Assembly: GCA_963847705.1 (NCBI GenBank)
Contig: CAWKBC010000032.1
Span: forward strand, 384,001 to 448,000
DNA from: an uncultured Pseudomonadota bacterium
GTDB lineage: Bacteria; Myxococcota_A; Polyangia; Fen-1088
Direction of reading: 5' to 3'
Length of the DNA stretch: 64,000 bases
Every line of letters starts with the position of its first letter. Position 1 is the stretch's first letter. A program made the translations under genes and the position numbers. Positions 21,124 to 32,926 of this stretch are shown piece after piece. Under the pieces are notes generated by a model. The model was not told the DNA's origin and made no database searches. It worked only from the letters and a program-made list of their open reading frames with translations.

Positions 21124-21763
21124 ACTCGATGGGGATTGGTTCGGCGGGGTATCGGGCGAGCCGCGGCTCTCCCCGGAGCACGATGCCCAGCCTTTCGAAG
21201 GTGATTCGGCGGCCTCGGTCGAGATCGTAGTCGTGCCAGCGCTGCAGGAACTGGTCGCGCGTGAGGTACCCGTATCCGGTGCGAACCGAGGGATCCATGA
21301 GGTAGACGCGATCGCGAGAGAGGCCGACGACGACGACGTAATGACCGTCCTCCCAGTTCGTTCGCCAGTCGGTGACCGGTTTGGTCGCCCAGGCCTGCAG
21401 GGCCACGATCACCACGTCGCCGCGCGACAACCCGCGATCGAGATCGTCGAAGGAGAGGCCGACCCGCGCGTCGGCCTGCAATCCGTACCGGCGTGCCTCC
21501 GCGACGATGCTGTCGACGCGGGTCCCCTCTTCGGCCGTGACGCCGAGCTCCGCGTCCAGGGTCGACTCGGGATCGTCGTAGACGCCGAAGTAGAGGAGCG
21601 CGGACATGAGCGCCGCGGCTCCGCAGCTCCATGGACGAGCTTGCGAGACCAGCGGAATGGGAAGCAGAGAGGGAGGTGGGAGTGAAAGCGAGGCCCTGAT
21701 GGCGTGCCCCGCGAGCAGCGTGGCGCAAAGAGCGACCGCCGCCGCGCTCCGACCGACCCTCAT
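21122..21763 (-). CDS. Secreted C39-like cysteine peptidase (stand-alone)
   Basis: Signal peptide; Q-x5-CGAA, GHYVVV, MDPS catalytic motifs. Confidence 0.88.
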   Translation of the reverse strand: MRVGRSAAAVALCATLLAGHAIRASLSLPPPSLLPIPLVSQARPWSCGAAALMSALLYFGVYDDPESTLDAELGVTAEEGTRVDSIVAEARRYGLQADARVGLSFDDLDRGLSRGDVVIVALQAWATKPVTDWRTNWEDGHYVVVVGLSRDRVYLMDPSVRTGYGYLTRDQFLQRWHDYDLDRGRRITFERLGIVLRGEPRLARYPAEPIPIE

Positions 21764-21926
21764 TCCTTCCCCGCCGTCCTCGCCATCTCGGTTCTCTCCA
21801 GCTGAACCTGAGGATCGCCCGCGCAGAGCGCCAGTCCCTCGACGCACGTAAGGAGCCGCCCTGCATCGACAGCGGGCGGCCGGGCACCGATGTTGACAGC
21901 GGTCTGCCCGGCCCCACCTACCTTAT

Positions 21927-22952
21927 GTGGCGTCTCCGCCGCCGCGAAAGCTTCCGCCTCCTTTGCGCTTGCTGGTGTTTGGCAGCGTGCCGGCGGTGCT
22001 GATCGGCATCGGCACGGTGGGCTACCGTTTTCTCGAGGGGTGGTCGTGGTTCAACTCGTTCTACGTGGCTGTCATTACGCTGACCTCGATCGGTCACAAC
22101 GAGACGGCCACCCTGTCGACCTCGGGCCACCTGTTCACGATGGCGCTGGCGCTGGGGGGGATCTTCACCGTGGCGGTCGCCGTGACCGAGCTCCTCAGCA
22201 CCCTCATCACCGGCGAGCTGCGTAACTTCTGGTGGAGCTGGCGCATGGGCAAGCGGATCGAGGCGCTCGAGCAGCACGTCATCGTCTGCGGCTACGGCCA
22301 CATCGGCCAGCACGTCTGCGCGGATCTCCTGGGCAGCGGGGTCCCCGTGGTGCTCATCGATCGCCGGGAGACGGCGCTCGAACCTGCCCGCGACGCGGGC
22401 GCTCTTCTCCTGATCGGTGACGCGACCGCCGACGCCAGCTTGAGTCGCGCCGGCATCGCGCGCGCCCGCGCGCTGGTGGCGGTTTCGGGCACCGATTCCG
22501 ACAACGTCCTCATCGCCATGACCGCGCGCCTCCTGTGTCCCCACCTGCCGATCGTGTCGTGCGCCGAAGAGGAGAGCATGGTGCACAAGCTGGAGCGCGC
22601 GGGAGCCACCCGGGTCGTTTCGCGCCACGCCATCGCGGGCGGGCTCATGGCCCAGGCGGTGTTGCGCCCGGCGCTGCTCGATTTCATCGAGGAGGCGACC
22701 GGAAAAAGACACCCGGATCTGCGGATGGAGGAGCAGCTGGTGGGTCCGGGGAGCCCGCTCGACGGCAAGACGGTGGGGACCAGCGGCCTTCGTTCCCGGG
22801 TGGGGCTCGTCCTGGTGGCCATCAAGCGCCCGGATGGAAGCCTGGCCTTCAACCCCGATGACGGCGCCCCGGTCGCCGCCGGTGACACCCTCATCACGCT
22901 CGGCAATCGCGAGCAGCTGGGTCGTGCCGATGCGCCCGCGCTCCCACGATAG
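21927..22952 (+). CDS. Potassium channel protein with TrkA-N/TrkA-C (RCK) domains
   Basis: Two TMs plus pore TLTSIGH; VCGYGHIG; GDAT; RCK-C. Confidence 0.9.
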   Translation: MASPPPRKLPPPLRLLVFGSVPAVLIGIGTVGYRFLEGWSWFNSFYVAVITLTSIGHNETATLSTSGHLFTMALALGGIFTVAVAVTELLSTLITGELRNFWWSWRMGKRIEALEQHVIVCGYGHIGQHVCADLLGSGVPVVLIDRRETALEPARDAGALLLIGDATADASLSRAGIARARALVAVSGTDSDNVLIAMTARLLCPHLPIVSCAEEESMVHKLERAGATRVVSRHAIAGGLMAQAVLRPALLDFIEEATGKRHPDLRMEEQLVGPGSPLDGKTVGTSGLRSRVGLVLVAIKRPDGSLAFNPDDGAPVAAGDTLITLGNREQLGRADAPALPR

Positions 22953-24291
22953 TCAGGTCGGCGGCGCTCCGCTCGCAGCGGGGCGCTCGGCGGCGGGCGC
23001 CGGCGCGCGCCTGTCGCGCCTCGGCACCGCCGCCTTCGGGGCGCTCCTGGGCGGGGTGGTCGGTGGGTTCTTCGTGGTGGGCGTGACCCTGGTGCTCAAG
23101 GCGGGGATGGATTTCGTCGCCCGCCAGGAGACCTGGTTCATCATCGTGGCGCCCCTCGTCGGGCTGTCGGTCGCCGTGCTGGTGCTCCACGGGATCGGCA
23201 CGAGCGGCACGACGACCGCCGAACGGAAGGCGCACGCCTGGCTGACGTTTTCTCCCGAGGCGGCCCGGGCGGACATCAGCGCCGACGTGGTGAACTGCGC
23301 CGGCGAAGAGGAGCGATTCCCCTGGCGGCTGGCCCCGCTTCGCCTGATCGCCATCCTGGCCACCGTCGGCTCGGGCGTGGCGATGGGGACCGAGGCGCCC
23401 GCCGCGTACCTGGGCGTGGCCGCCGGCGACTGCCTGGGAGATCGCGGCCGCGGCTGGCGCCGGATTCTGCGGCCGGCCGCCCTCGCCGGCGGCGCGGCAG
23501 GCGTGGCTGCGCTCATGGCGATCCCTTTGGTGGGGACGGCCTTCATGCTGGAGATCGGCCGGCGCCGGCGTGCGCCGGTGAGCGGCGAACGCCTGACCGC
23601 GGCGCTGCTCGGGGGATTCATCGGCTGGGCGATCAACCTGACCTTCCACCTCAACCTGATCCGCCTCATCGTGCCGAAGGAGCCCCCGGTCAGCTTGCTG
23701 CAGGCGGTGCTCACCGCGCTCTTCATCGGGCTCGCCTCGGGCGCCATCAGCTCGACGGCCGGGGTCGCGGTTTATCGCGCCAAAAAATGGAAGGCCTCTC
23801 CGATCGTCCGGCTGGCGCTGGGCGGGGTGGCGACGGCCGTGACCGCGCTGGTGCTCGTGCGGCTCGCGGCCCCCCCGGCCGCCTCTGGCCCGGGCGGCGG
23901 CGCCATCCTGTGGGCCGAGAGCGTCAATGCGCTTCCGCTGACCCTGCTGGCTGTCTGCCTCCTGCGAGCGGTGGCGACCACAGCGGCGGTCGCGGCGGGC
24001 GGCTGCGGCGGCGTCTTCGTCCCCTTCCTCGCCGTCGGTGACCTGGCCGGCCGGGTGTTCGCCCCGGGCCTCGGGGTGGGGAACGATCTCGCCGGCGCGG
24101 CGGGCGCAGCGGGTGGCATCGCGGGCGGCTACCGTTTGCCGCTCACCGCGGTGGCGATGGAGCTCGGGCTCGGCGGCCCGCCCAGAGCGACGCTGACCTG
24201 CCTGGCCACCATCGGCATCGCCTATCTCGCGGGCCTGGCCGCAGAGGCGGGGCTCGGCAGGTTGAAAGCGCTCGCCGTTTCTCGCCGGTAG
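22930..24291 (+). CDS. ClC-family chloride channel/antiporter-like protein (divergent)
   Basis: GSGVAMGTEAP, GGCGGVFVP, LPLTAVAMELG; start uncertain. Confidence 0.8.
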   Translation: MRPRSHDSQVGGAPLAAGRSAAGAGARLSRLGTAAFGALLGGVVGGFFVVGVTLVLKAGMDFVARQETWFIIVAPLVGLSVAVLVLHGIGTSGTTTAERKAHAWLTFSPEAARADISADVVNCAGEEERFPWRLAPLRLIAILATVGSGVAMGTEAPAAYLGVAAGDCLGDRGRGWRRILRPAALAGGAAGVAALMAIPLVGTAFMLEIGRRRRAPVSGERLTAALLGGFIGWAINLTFHLNLIRLIVPKEPPVSLLQAVLTALFIGLASGAISSTAGVAVYRAKKWKASPIVRLALGGVATAVTALVLVRLAAPPAASGPGGGAILWAESVNALPLTLLAVCLLRAVATTAAVAAGGCGGVFVPFLAVGDLAGRVFAPGLGVGNDLAGAAGAAGGIAGGYRLPLTAVAMELGLGGPPRATLTCLATIGIAYLAGLAAEAGLGRLKALAVSRR

Positions 24292-24417
24292 GCCCGGTCG
24301 CCGGTGCCGGCGCGAGGGCAACCGCGGAGGAGAATGTCTAGCTGTTGATGTGCGGCCAGGACGTTCAGACTGCCGTGCGTCAGGGGCTCTCCGTTCGCCT
24401 CCTGCCGGCCTTCGAAC

Positions 24418-26214
24418 TTGTCTCTCTTCCACACCACCGACCCCACCGACGGCGGAGATCCCCTCGCTGAGGGCATCTCCGCCGGGGAATACGCGGCGCG
24501 CGGCGCCGACCGCGGTGGCGTGCCGCTGCGCCCCTGGCAGGAGGACGCGCTGGCCCAGTTCGAGGCCAGCGGCGCGCCGAATTTTCTGGCGGTAGCGACA
24601 CCCGGCGCCGGCAAGACCACCTTCGCGCTGACCGCCGGCCGGCGCGCGCTGGTGTCGAAGGCGATCCGCCGGATCGTGGTGGTGGTCCCCACGCAGCACC
24701 TCAAGTATCAGTGGGCCCAGGCGGCCGAGCGTCTGGACATCCACCTCGACCCGGAGTGGAGCGTCGGCTATGGCGGGTTGCCCTCGGACGCGCACGGCGT
24801 GGTGGTCACCTATCAGCAGGTCGCCGCGGGGCCGGCGGCGTTCCGGCCCATGGTCCGACAGGCGCTGGTGGTGCTGGACGAGATCCACCACGCGGGGGAC
24901 AGCCGGTCGTGGGGCGACGCGATCCGCCAGGCGTTCGATCCGGCCTGGCGGCGGCTGAGCCTCTCGGGCACGCCGTTTCGCTCCGACCAGCGGACGATCC
25001 CCTTCATCAACTACGTCGGCGAGCTGGCCCAGCCCGACTTCGAGTACGGATACGGCGACGCGCTCAAGGATCGCCAGGTCGTGCGGCCGGTCTATTTTCC
25101 GCGCATCAACGGGCGGATGGAGTGGACCGCGCCCGACGGCGTCTCCTACGAGGCGACCTTCGACGATCGTCTGGCCCGCGAGCTGGCCAGCCAGCGGCTG
25201 CGCACCGCCCTCGACGTGGCCGGCGACTGGATGCCCACCGTGCTGGCGCAGGCGCACGCGCAGCTGATGCACCTGCGGGAGAAGGACGCCAGGGCGGCCG
25301 GCCTGGCCATCACCATCGATCAAGAGCACGCCAAGGCGATCGCCACCATCATGGAAGAGCGGCTGGGCGTCTCGCCGACCGTCACCACCTCGGACGATCC
25401 CGCCGCCTCCGAGAAGATCAGCCGGTTCGCCGACGGCATTGCGCCCTGGATCGTGGCGGTGCGGATGGTCTCGGAGGGGGTCGACATCCCGCGGCTCCGG
25501 GTCGGCGTCTACGCCACCAACACGGTGACCGAGCTGTTCTTTCGGCAGGCGGTGGGGCGTCTGGTCCGCTGGAACGCCCGGCTGGCCAAGCAGGCGGCTT
25601 ACATGTTCATCCCCGACGACGTTCGGCTGCGAAAGTTCGGCGCCGGCATCGCCGAGCAGCGCCGCCACTCGCTGCGCAAGGAATCGCGAACCGATGACAG
25701 GTTCGAAGGGGAGCGCGACGGCGAGGCTCCCGGCAAGAAGACCGAGACCGAGCGGGACCTGGCGGAGCAACTTTCGCTGTTCGCGCCGATCTCGGCCACG
25801 CCGCTCGACGAGCACGGCCGCCCCCTCGAGGCGCCCCGCATCTACCAGGCGGACGGCGACGCCGACCTCGACCCCAACGGCGAGATCCCCGACTTCGTCG
25901 GCGCCGCCGAGCTCACCGGTCCGCCGCGGGCCACGCTGTTGCGCCCCTCCCCTGCGCTCGGGCGCGTCCCCCCGCCGGTCGCCGATCCCATCCCCGTCGC
26001 CCCCGCCAAGAGCGGTGCCCTGGCCCGCCGCCGACAGCTGCGCGAGCAGAACAGCGAGGCGGTGATCGACCTCGTCCACCTGACCGGCCGCACCCACGCC
26101 GACATCAACGCGGTGCTGAACAGAAAAGTGGGGATCAAACGGATCGGCATGGCCACCGTGCGGCAGCTCGAACAGCGCCTGGCCGCCGCCAAGGCCATGG
26201 TCAAGCGCCGCTAG
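24418..26214 (+). CDS. Superfamily II DEAD/DEAH-box helicase
   Basis: ATPGAGKT, DEIHH, SGTPFRSD, MVSEGVDIPRL, QAVGR. Confidence 0.93.
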   Translation: MSLFHTTDPTDGGDPLAEGISAGEYAARGADRGGVPLRPWQEDALAQFEASGAPNFLAVATPGAGKTTFALTAGRRALVSKAIRRIVVVVPTQHLKYQWAQAAERLDIHLDPEWSVGYGGLPSDAHGVVVTYQQVAAGPAAFRPMVRQALVVLDEIHHAGDSRSWGDAIRQAFDPAWRRLSLSGTPFRSDQRTIPFINYVGELAQPDFEYGYGDALKDRQVVRPVYFPRINGRMEWTAPDGVSYEATFDDRLARELASQRLRTALDVAGDWMPTVLAQAHAQLMHLREKDARAAGLAITIDQEHAKAIATIMEERLGVSPTVTTSDDPAASEKISRFADGIAPWIVAVRMVSEGVDIPRLRVGVYATNTVTELFFRQAVGRLVRWNARLAKQAAYMFIPDDVRLRKFGAGIAEQRRHSLRKESRTDDRFEGERDGEAPGKKTETERDLAEQLSLFAPISATPLDEHGRPLEAPRIYQADGDADLDPNGEIPDFVGAAELTGPPRATLLRPSPALGRVPPPVADPIPVAPAKSGALARRRQLREQNSEAVIDLVHLTGRTHADINAVLNRKVGIKRIGMATVRQLEQRLAAAKAMVKRR

Positions 26215-26271
26215 GTCGATCCCGGTCGCCCACCGGCGACTGCGCTCGCCGTCGAGCCAGTGCGGAGAGAG

Positions 26272-28647
<2,376 letters not shown>

Positions 28648-28742
28648 GCCCGGCAGAGGCTATCCATCTGCCGCGCCGTGAGAAGCTTGAATATTTCCAA
28701 ACTGCGACGTCTCATGTTCGACCTCACCGACCAAGTCGTTCC

Positions 28743-29861
28743 TTGACCGATTCCCCCGACATCCTGCCCGCCGGCACCGTCCTGGACGGCACGTACCGCC
28801 TCACCCGCCTGCTCGGCCAGGGGGCCATGGGGACCGTCTACGAGGGGCACCACACCGGCGCCGGCAAGCGCGTGGCGGTCAAGGTCATGCATCGCGAGCT
28901 CCTGGCCTACCCGGAGCTGGCGATGCGGTTCCGGCGCGAGGCGAAGGTCACCAGCGAGCTGGCGCACCCGAACATCGTCAGCGTCTTCGGGTTTGGCACC
29001 ACGCCCGCGGGCCAGCCGTATCTGGTGATGGAGCTGCTCGACGGTGAGGATCTGCAGACGCGCCTGGAGCGCGTGGGGGCGCTGCCGCTGGAGACCGTCG
29101 TGCAGATCGTCAACCAGGTGGCGTCGGCCCTGGCCGAGACCCACTCCGCGGGCATCGTCCACCGCGATCTCAAGACGGACAACGTGTTCCTGGTGCGCGC
29201 CCCCGACGGCGGCGTGCTGGCGAAGGTCGTGGACTTCGGCCTTTCGAAGGTGTTGAAGACGTCGGCGACCAAGCTCACCGTCGCCCGGGCCGTGTTCGGC
29301 ACGCCCGAGTTCATGGCGCCCGAGCAGGCCGAGGGGCGCCAGGACGCCATCGATCACCGCAGCGATCAGTGGTCGCTGGCCTGCCTGGCCTGGTTCGCGG
29401 CCACGGCCTGCCTCCCCTTCACCGGCCCGGACGTCAACGCCATCTTGAACCAGGTGATCTCGGCTGTGCCCACGCCCGTCGGGCCCGGCGCCCCGCGCCT
29501 CCCGGCGGAGGTCGACAAGGTGCTGCGGCGGGCGCTGTCCAAGCACCGCGCCGACCGTTTTCCGACGATCAGGGCTTTCGCCCGCGCCTTCGAGGCCGCG
29601 GCCTCGCCGGGACGCGACGCGGTCGCACCCACGGGCGGCAACCCAACGCCGCTTCGGTCGGCGGCTCTCGGGGCGCCCGGGCGTCCCGCTCCCGACGCCG
29701 CCGGAGCGAACCTCGAGGAACCGGAGCGCCAGGGCGGTCTCCGGATCTGGCTGGTGCTCGCCGCGCTGGCGTTGTTGTGCGGCATCGGGTGGCTGCTTCG
29801 GGACACACCGCCCATCTCGACTTGGCTCGAGAGCGCGCGCGGCCTCCTTCACCGCGGCTAG
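28743..29861 (+). CDS. Ser/Thr protein kinase with C-terminal TM
   Basis: LGQGAMG, VAVK, HRDLKTDN, DFG, GTPEFMAPE. Confidence 0.93.
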   Translation: MTDSPDILPAGTVLDGTYRLTRLLGQGAMGTVYEGHHTGAGKRVAVKVMHRELLAYPELAMRFRREAKVTSELAHPNIVSVFGFGTTPAGQPYLVMELLDGEDLQTRLERVGALPLETVVQIVNQVASALAETHSAGIVHRDLKTDNVFLVRAPDGGVLAKVVDFGLSKVLKTSATKLTVARAVFGTPEFMAPEQAEGRQDAIDHRSDQWSLACLAWFAATACLPFTGPDVNAILNQVISAVPTPVGPGAPRLPAEVDKVLRRALSKHRADRFPTIRAFARAFEAAASPGRDAVAPTGGNPTPLRSAALGAPGRPAPDAAGANLEEPERQGGLRIWLVLAALALLCGIGWLLRDTPPISTWLESARGLLHRG

Positions 29862-30083
29862 ATGGGCCACCAGCGGCTGCCGTTGATCCGCACCGGCAGG
29901 CCGAGCTCGCCGGCGAGGTCGACGAGGAATTCGGGGTCGATCGCCCGCCAGCTCCAGCATCGTGAAGGCGCGGACGCAGTCGCCGTCGGTGTGCTTGTGC
30001 CAGTGCACCAGCACCCAGCGGTCGCGATGCCAGCGCGCCTCGACGCGCGGCAGTTCCGGGCACGCCCTGCATGAAGCGCGCAT
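29858..30083 (-). pseudogene. Small hypothetical gene with apparent frameshift near 29945
   Basis: MRASCRACPELPRVEARWHRDRWVLVHWHKHTDGDCVRAFTMLELA joins AIDPEFLVDLAGELGLPVRINGSRWWPI* if one G is removed. Confidence 0.45.
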
Positions 30084-30291
30084 CGATCCCGGAGCTGGGT
30101 ATCGGCCGCAGCCAGACGCCGGACGTCAACGAGGCTGCGCGCCGAAAGGACACTGGGCCGGCACCCGTTGCTGCGGATGAATCGGCACGGCATCCGTGTC
30201 GGTGGGCGTCGAAAATCTGATGCCTGGACGACCCCGGCGGATCGTGATCTAAGGTAGTTGGGCGTGGCATGAGCGATGCTCCAAGGAGCCA

Positions 30292-31009
30292 GATGGAAAA
30301 GACTTCCAGCTCAAACTGGGTGAGGGGCCTGATTCTGATCGCCGCGACGCTTTGGTCGCTCCCCAGCCGGGCCGACGTCGCGCCGACCTGCGCCGCGTTC
30401 GACGCCCTCATCACCTGCGACGCCAGGGACGTCGGGAAGGCCTGCCAGGGCGGAGGCCAGTGTTACGCGGTGTCGTGCGGCACCGGCATGACCGTTTACA
30501 AGTGCGACGCCTGCCCGGCCATTCTGTCGGCGCCCGACGCCGGCTGCGAACCGAGCAAGTTCGGGACGGCCTGTGGCGACGGCGGCATGTGCTCGTCGAC
30601 GCAGGCCTACTGCAACACTTCATCGACCAAGTTCGTCTGCGCCGGGCCCACGCCGGCCAAGCCGACCGGACCACCGGCGGGTGAAAGCGGCGGCGCCGGA
30701 GGCAGCGGCCTGGGTGGCGGAGGCGCCTCGGGCGGCAGCGGCGTCGGAGGCGCCGGAGCAGGAGGCGGCAACGCCTCGGGCGGCAGCGGCGTCGGAGGCG
30801 CCGGAGCCGGAGGCGGCAACGCCTCGGGGGGAAGCGGCGTCGTGGGCGGCCAGAGCGGCACGGGGGCCGCCGCCTGTCCGTCTTGCAAGAGCAGCGGCGG
30901 TTGCGATGTCGCGCCGCGCGCGACCGGTCCGGGCGCCATCGCGCTGGCCCTGCTGGCGGTCGGGATGCTCGCGCTCCTTTACGACCGCCGCCGCAAGCGC
31001 CGGCGCTAG
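30292..31009 (+). CDS. Cys-rich, Gly-linker surface protein with MYXO-CTERM-type sorting signal
   Basis: Signal peptide, ~12-Cys domain, Gly-rich linker, SSGGCDVA-TM-RRRKRRR. Confidence 0.85.
30724..30830. repeat. 48-bp coding tandem repeat
   Basis: Encodes ASGGSGVGGAGAGGGN x~2.2. Confidence 0.8.
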
Positions 31010-31013
31010 CCCG

Positions 31014-32096
31014 ATGCCCACCCGCGCGCTCTCATCCGCGGTGGCGAGCTCGCCGCTGCTCGACCGCGCGCTCGACCCGCTCGATCGGCTGCGACGCGCG
31101 CTCCTGGTCGGGCTCTCCCGCTCGCCGATCGCCGGTCCGCTGGTGACCCAGCGCGATCTTCGGGTCCGTGCGCAGGCGTTGCTCGGCGTCGGCCTCGCCT
31201 TCGCGCTCACGCTGCTGGCCCCCGGCGTGCTGTTCGTGGTGGGACCGGCGCTGTTCGGCGTCGCGCACGTGGCCAGCGACGTGCGTTACCTGGTGCTCCG
31301 CAGAGAGCTGCCGCGCTGGTGGGTCACCGCCCTCGGCGCCGGCTGCCTGGCGCTCTTCGCCTTGCGTGGGCTCGAGGCGGCGCTCCCCGGCCACTGGCCC
31401 TTCTTTGCCGCGACGGAGGTCGGCCTCGGCTGGGCCTGGGCGCTCGGCGGCGTGGGCGCTGCCGTCGCCGCGTCACCCTCGTCCCGGTCGATCCGTCGCG
31501 CGCTGCTGGTGACGCCGGCGATTCTCATCGCGCTCGGCGCGGCGCTGGCGCGGCCCACCTTGGCGCGACTCCTCTTCGCCCACCTCCACAACCTGATCGG
31601 GATTGGCCTCTGGCTGCTGCTGTTTCGCCGGAGCCGGCGCTTCGCGCTCCCGGCGGTGGCGCTGCTCGCGCTGGCCGTCGCGCTCTGCGTCTCGGGCTGC
31701 GTCCTCCCGGCGGTCCACCTTGGTGGCCCGGGTGCGGCCCGCTTCGTCGACGAGATGCTGTTCGCCTGGCCGAGCTGGATGCCGCCGCGAACCGCGCTCG
31801 GGTTGGGGTTGGCCTTCGTGATGCTTCAGGCCGTCCACTACAGTGTCTGGCTGGCCTGGATTCCGCAGGAGGACCTGCGCGGGCAGGGAACCCTCTCGTT
31901 TCGGATGTCGCTGCGCTCGCTGCTGCGCGACGTCGGCCCCGTCTGGCTGGGCCTCACCGCGCTCATCGCCTGCGTCGTGCTGGCGGCGTCGTTCGTCGAC
32001 GCCGCCCGGACGCGCCAGCTCTATCTGTCCCTCTCCGGCTTCCACGGCTACCTCGAGCTGGCGGCCGGCGCCTTTCTGTTCGTCCGGGGCCGCTAG
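31014..32096 (+). CDS. Polytopic membrane protein with four His motifs
   Basis: HVASDVRYL, AHLHN, QAVHY, FHGYLE in or near TM helices. Confidence 0.8.
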   Translation: MPTRALSSAVASSPLLDRALDPLDRLRRALLVGLSRSPIAGPLVTQRDLRVRAQALLGVGLAFALTLLAPGVLFVVGPALFGVAHVASDVRYLVLRRELPRWWVTALGAGCLALFALRGLEAALPGHWPFFAATEVGLGWAWALGGVGAAVAASPSSRSIRRALLVTPAILIALGAALARPTLARLLFAHLHNLIGIGLWLLLFRRSRRFALPAVALLALAVALCVSGCVLPAVHLGGPGAARFVDEMLFAWPSWMPPRTALGLGLAFVMLQAVHYSVWLAWIPQEDLRGQGTLSFRMSLRSLLRDVGPVWLGLTALIACVVLAASFVDAARTRQLYLSLSGFHGYLELAAGAFLFVRGR

Positions 32097-32103
32097 CGCC
32101 GCG

Positions 32104-32445
32104 ATGCCGACGCCCCATGCCTGGCTGATGGCCTTTCTGGCGACGGTGGCCGTCGAAGTCCCCATCGTCGTGGCGCTGACCCGCGGCCATCCGACGCCGG
32201 CCTGGCGCCGCGCGCTGATCGCGATCTTCGCCCAGCTCGTCACGCATCCGTTGGTCTGGTTCGTCTTCCCGCGCCTGGTCGGCCTCACCGGCCGATCGTC
32301 CCTGGCCCTCTCGGAGCTGTGGGCCTGGCTGGCCGAAGCGGCGTTCTACGCAGTGGTGCTGCCCGGCCTCTCCTCGGCCCGCGCGCTGGGAATCTCCGCC
32401 GTCGCCAACGCCGCCTCCATCCTGGTCGGGCTGGCGATCTTCTGA
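32104..32445 (+). CDS. Small 4-TM membrane protein
   Basis: TVAVEVPIV, THPLVW, ELWAWLAEA, ANAAS. Confidence 0.78.
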   Translation: MPTPHAWLMAFLATVAVEVPIVVALTRGHPTPAWRRALIAIFAQLVTHPLVWFVFPRLVGLTGRSSLALSELWAWLAEAAFYAVVLPGLSSARALGISAVANAASILVGLAIF

Positions 32446-32505
32446 TTGCGCTCAGGTGGTCGCGAGGCAGCGTGACCGCCGGTGGGTGCGGCCCCTCGCG
32501 CAACG

Positions 32506-32541
32506 CAAAAACCGCGGACTCCCTGCTGGAAGTCCGCGGTT
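32506..32541 (-). terminator. Intrinsic terminator downstream of the tRNA
   Basis: AACCGCGGACT/AGTCCGCGGTT stem followed by a T-run on the minus strand. Confidence 0.75.
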
Positions 32542-32547
32542 CTGTTG

Positions 32548-32621
<74 letters not shown>

Positions 32622-32926
32622 CCAAGTTCCGAAAGCCGGGGAACCTTGCCTGATCGTACAGGACGCGTCAAGGGGCGATCTGCGTCGCCGCACCTCTGCC
32701 GACGCCGGCGCCGAGGGGCCCACCGCCACGGCGTTCGTCCCGGCGGGAGCCCTCTCGCTGGCCACCGCGCAACGCAGGCGGTGGCCCGAATTCTCCGGTC
32801 GATCGCCACCACGCACCGCTCGGCCCCAACTATTTGACCACCCCGCGCAGAACGCGGCCTCAGGGCCCCGCCGCTCGGCTAAAATCGATGTTTTGCTGGC
32901 TCACGCTTAGACTGGACAGACACTTT

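Noticed and set aside
24418-26214. Helicase as part of an anti-phage or restriction system
   Set aside because: No methylase, nuclease or other defence genes adjacent; looks like a stand-alone SF2 helicase
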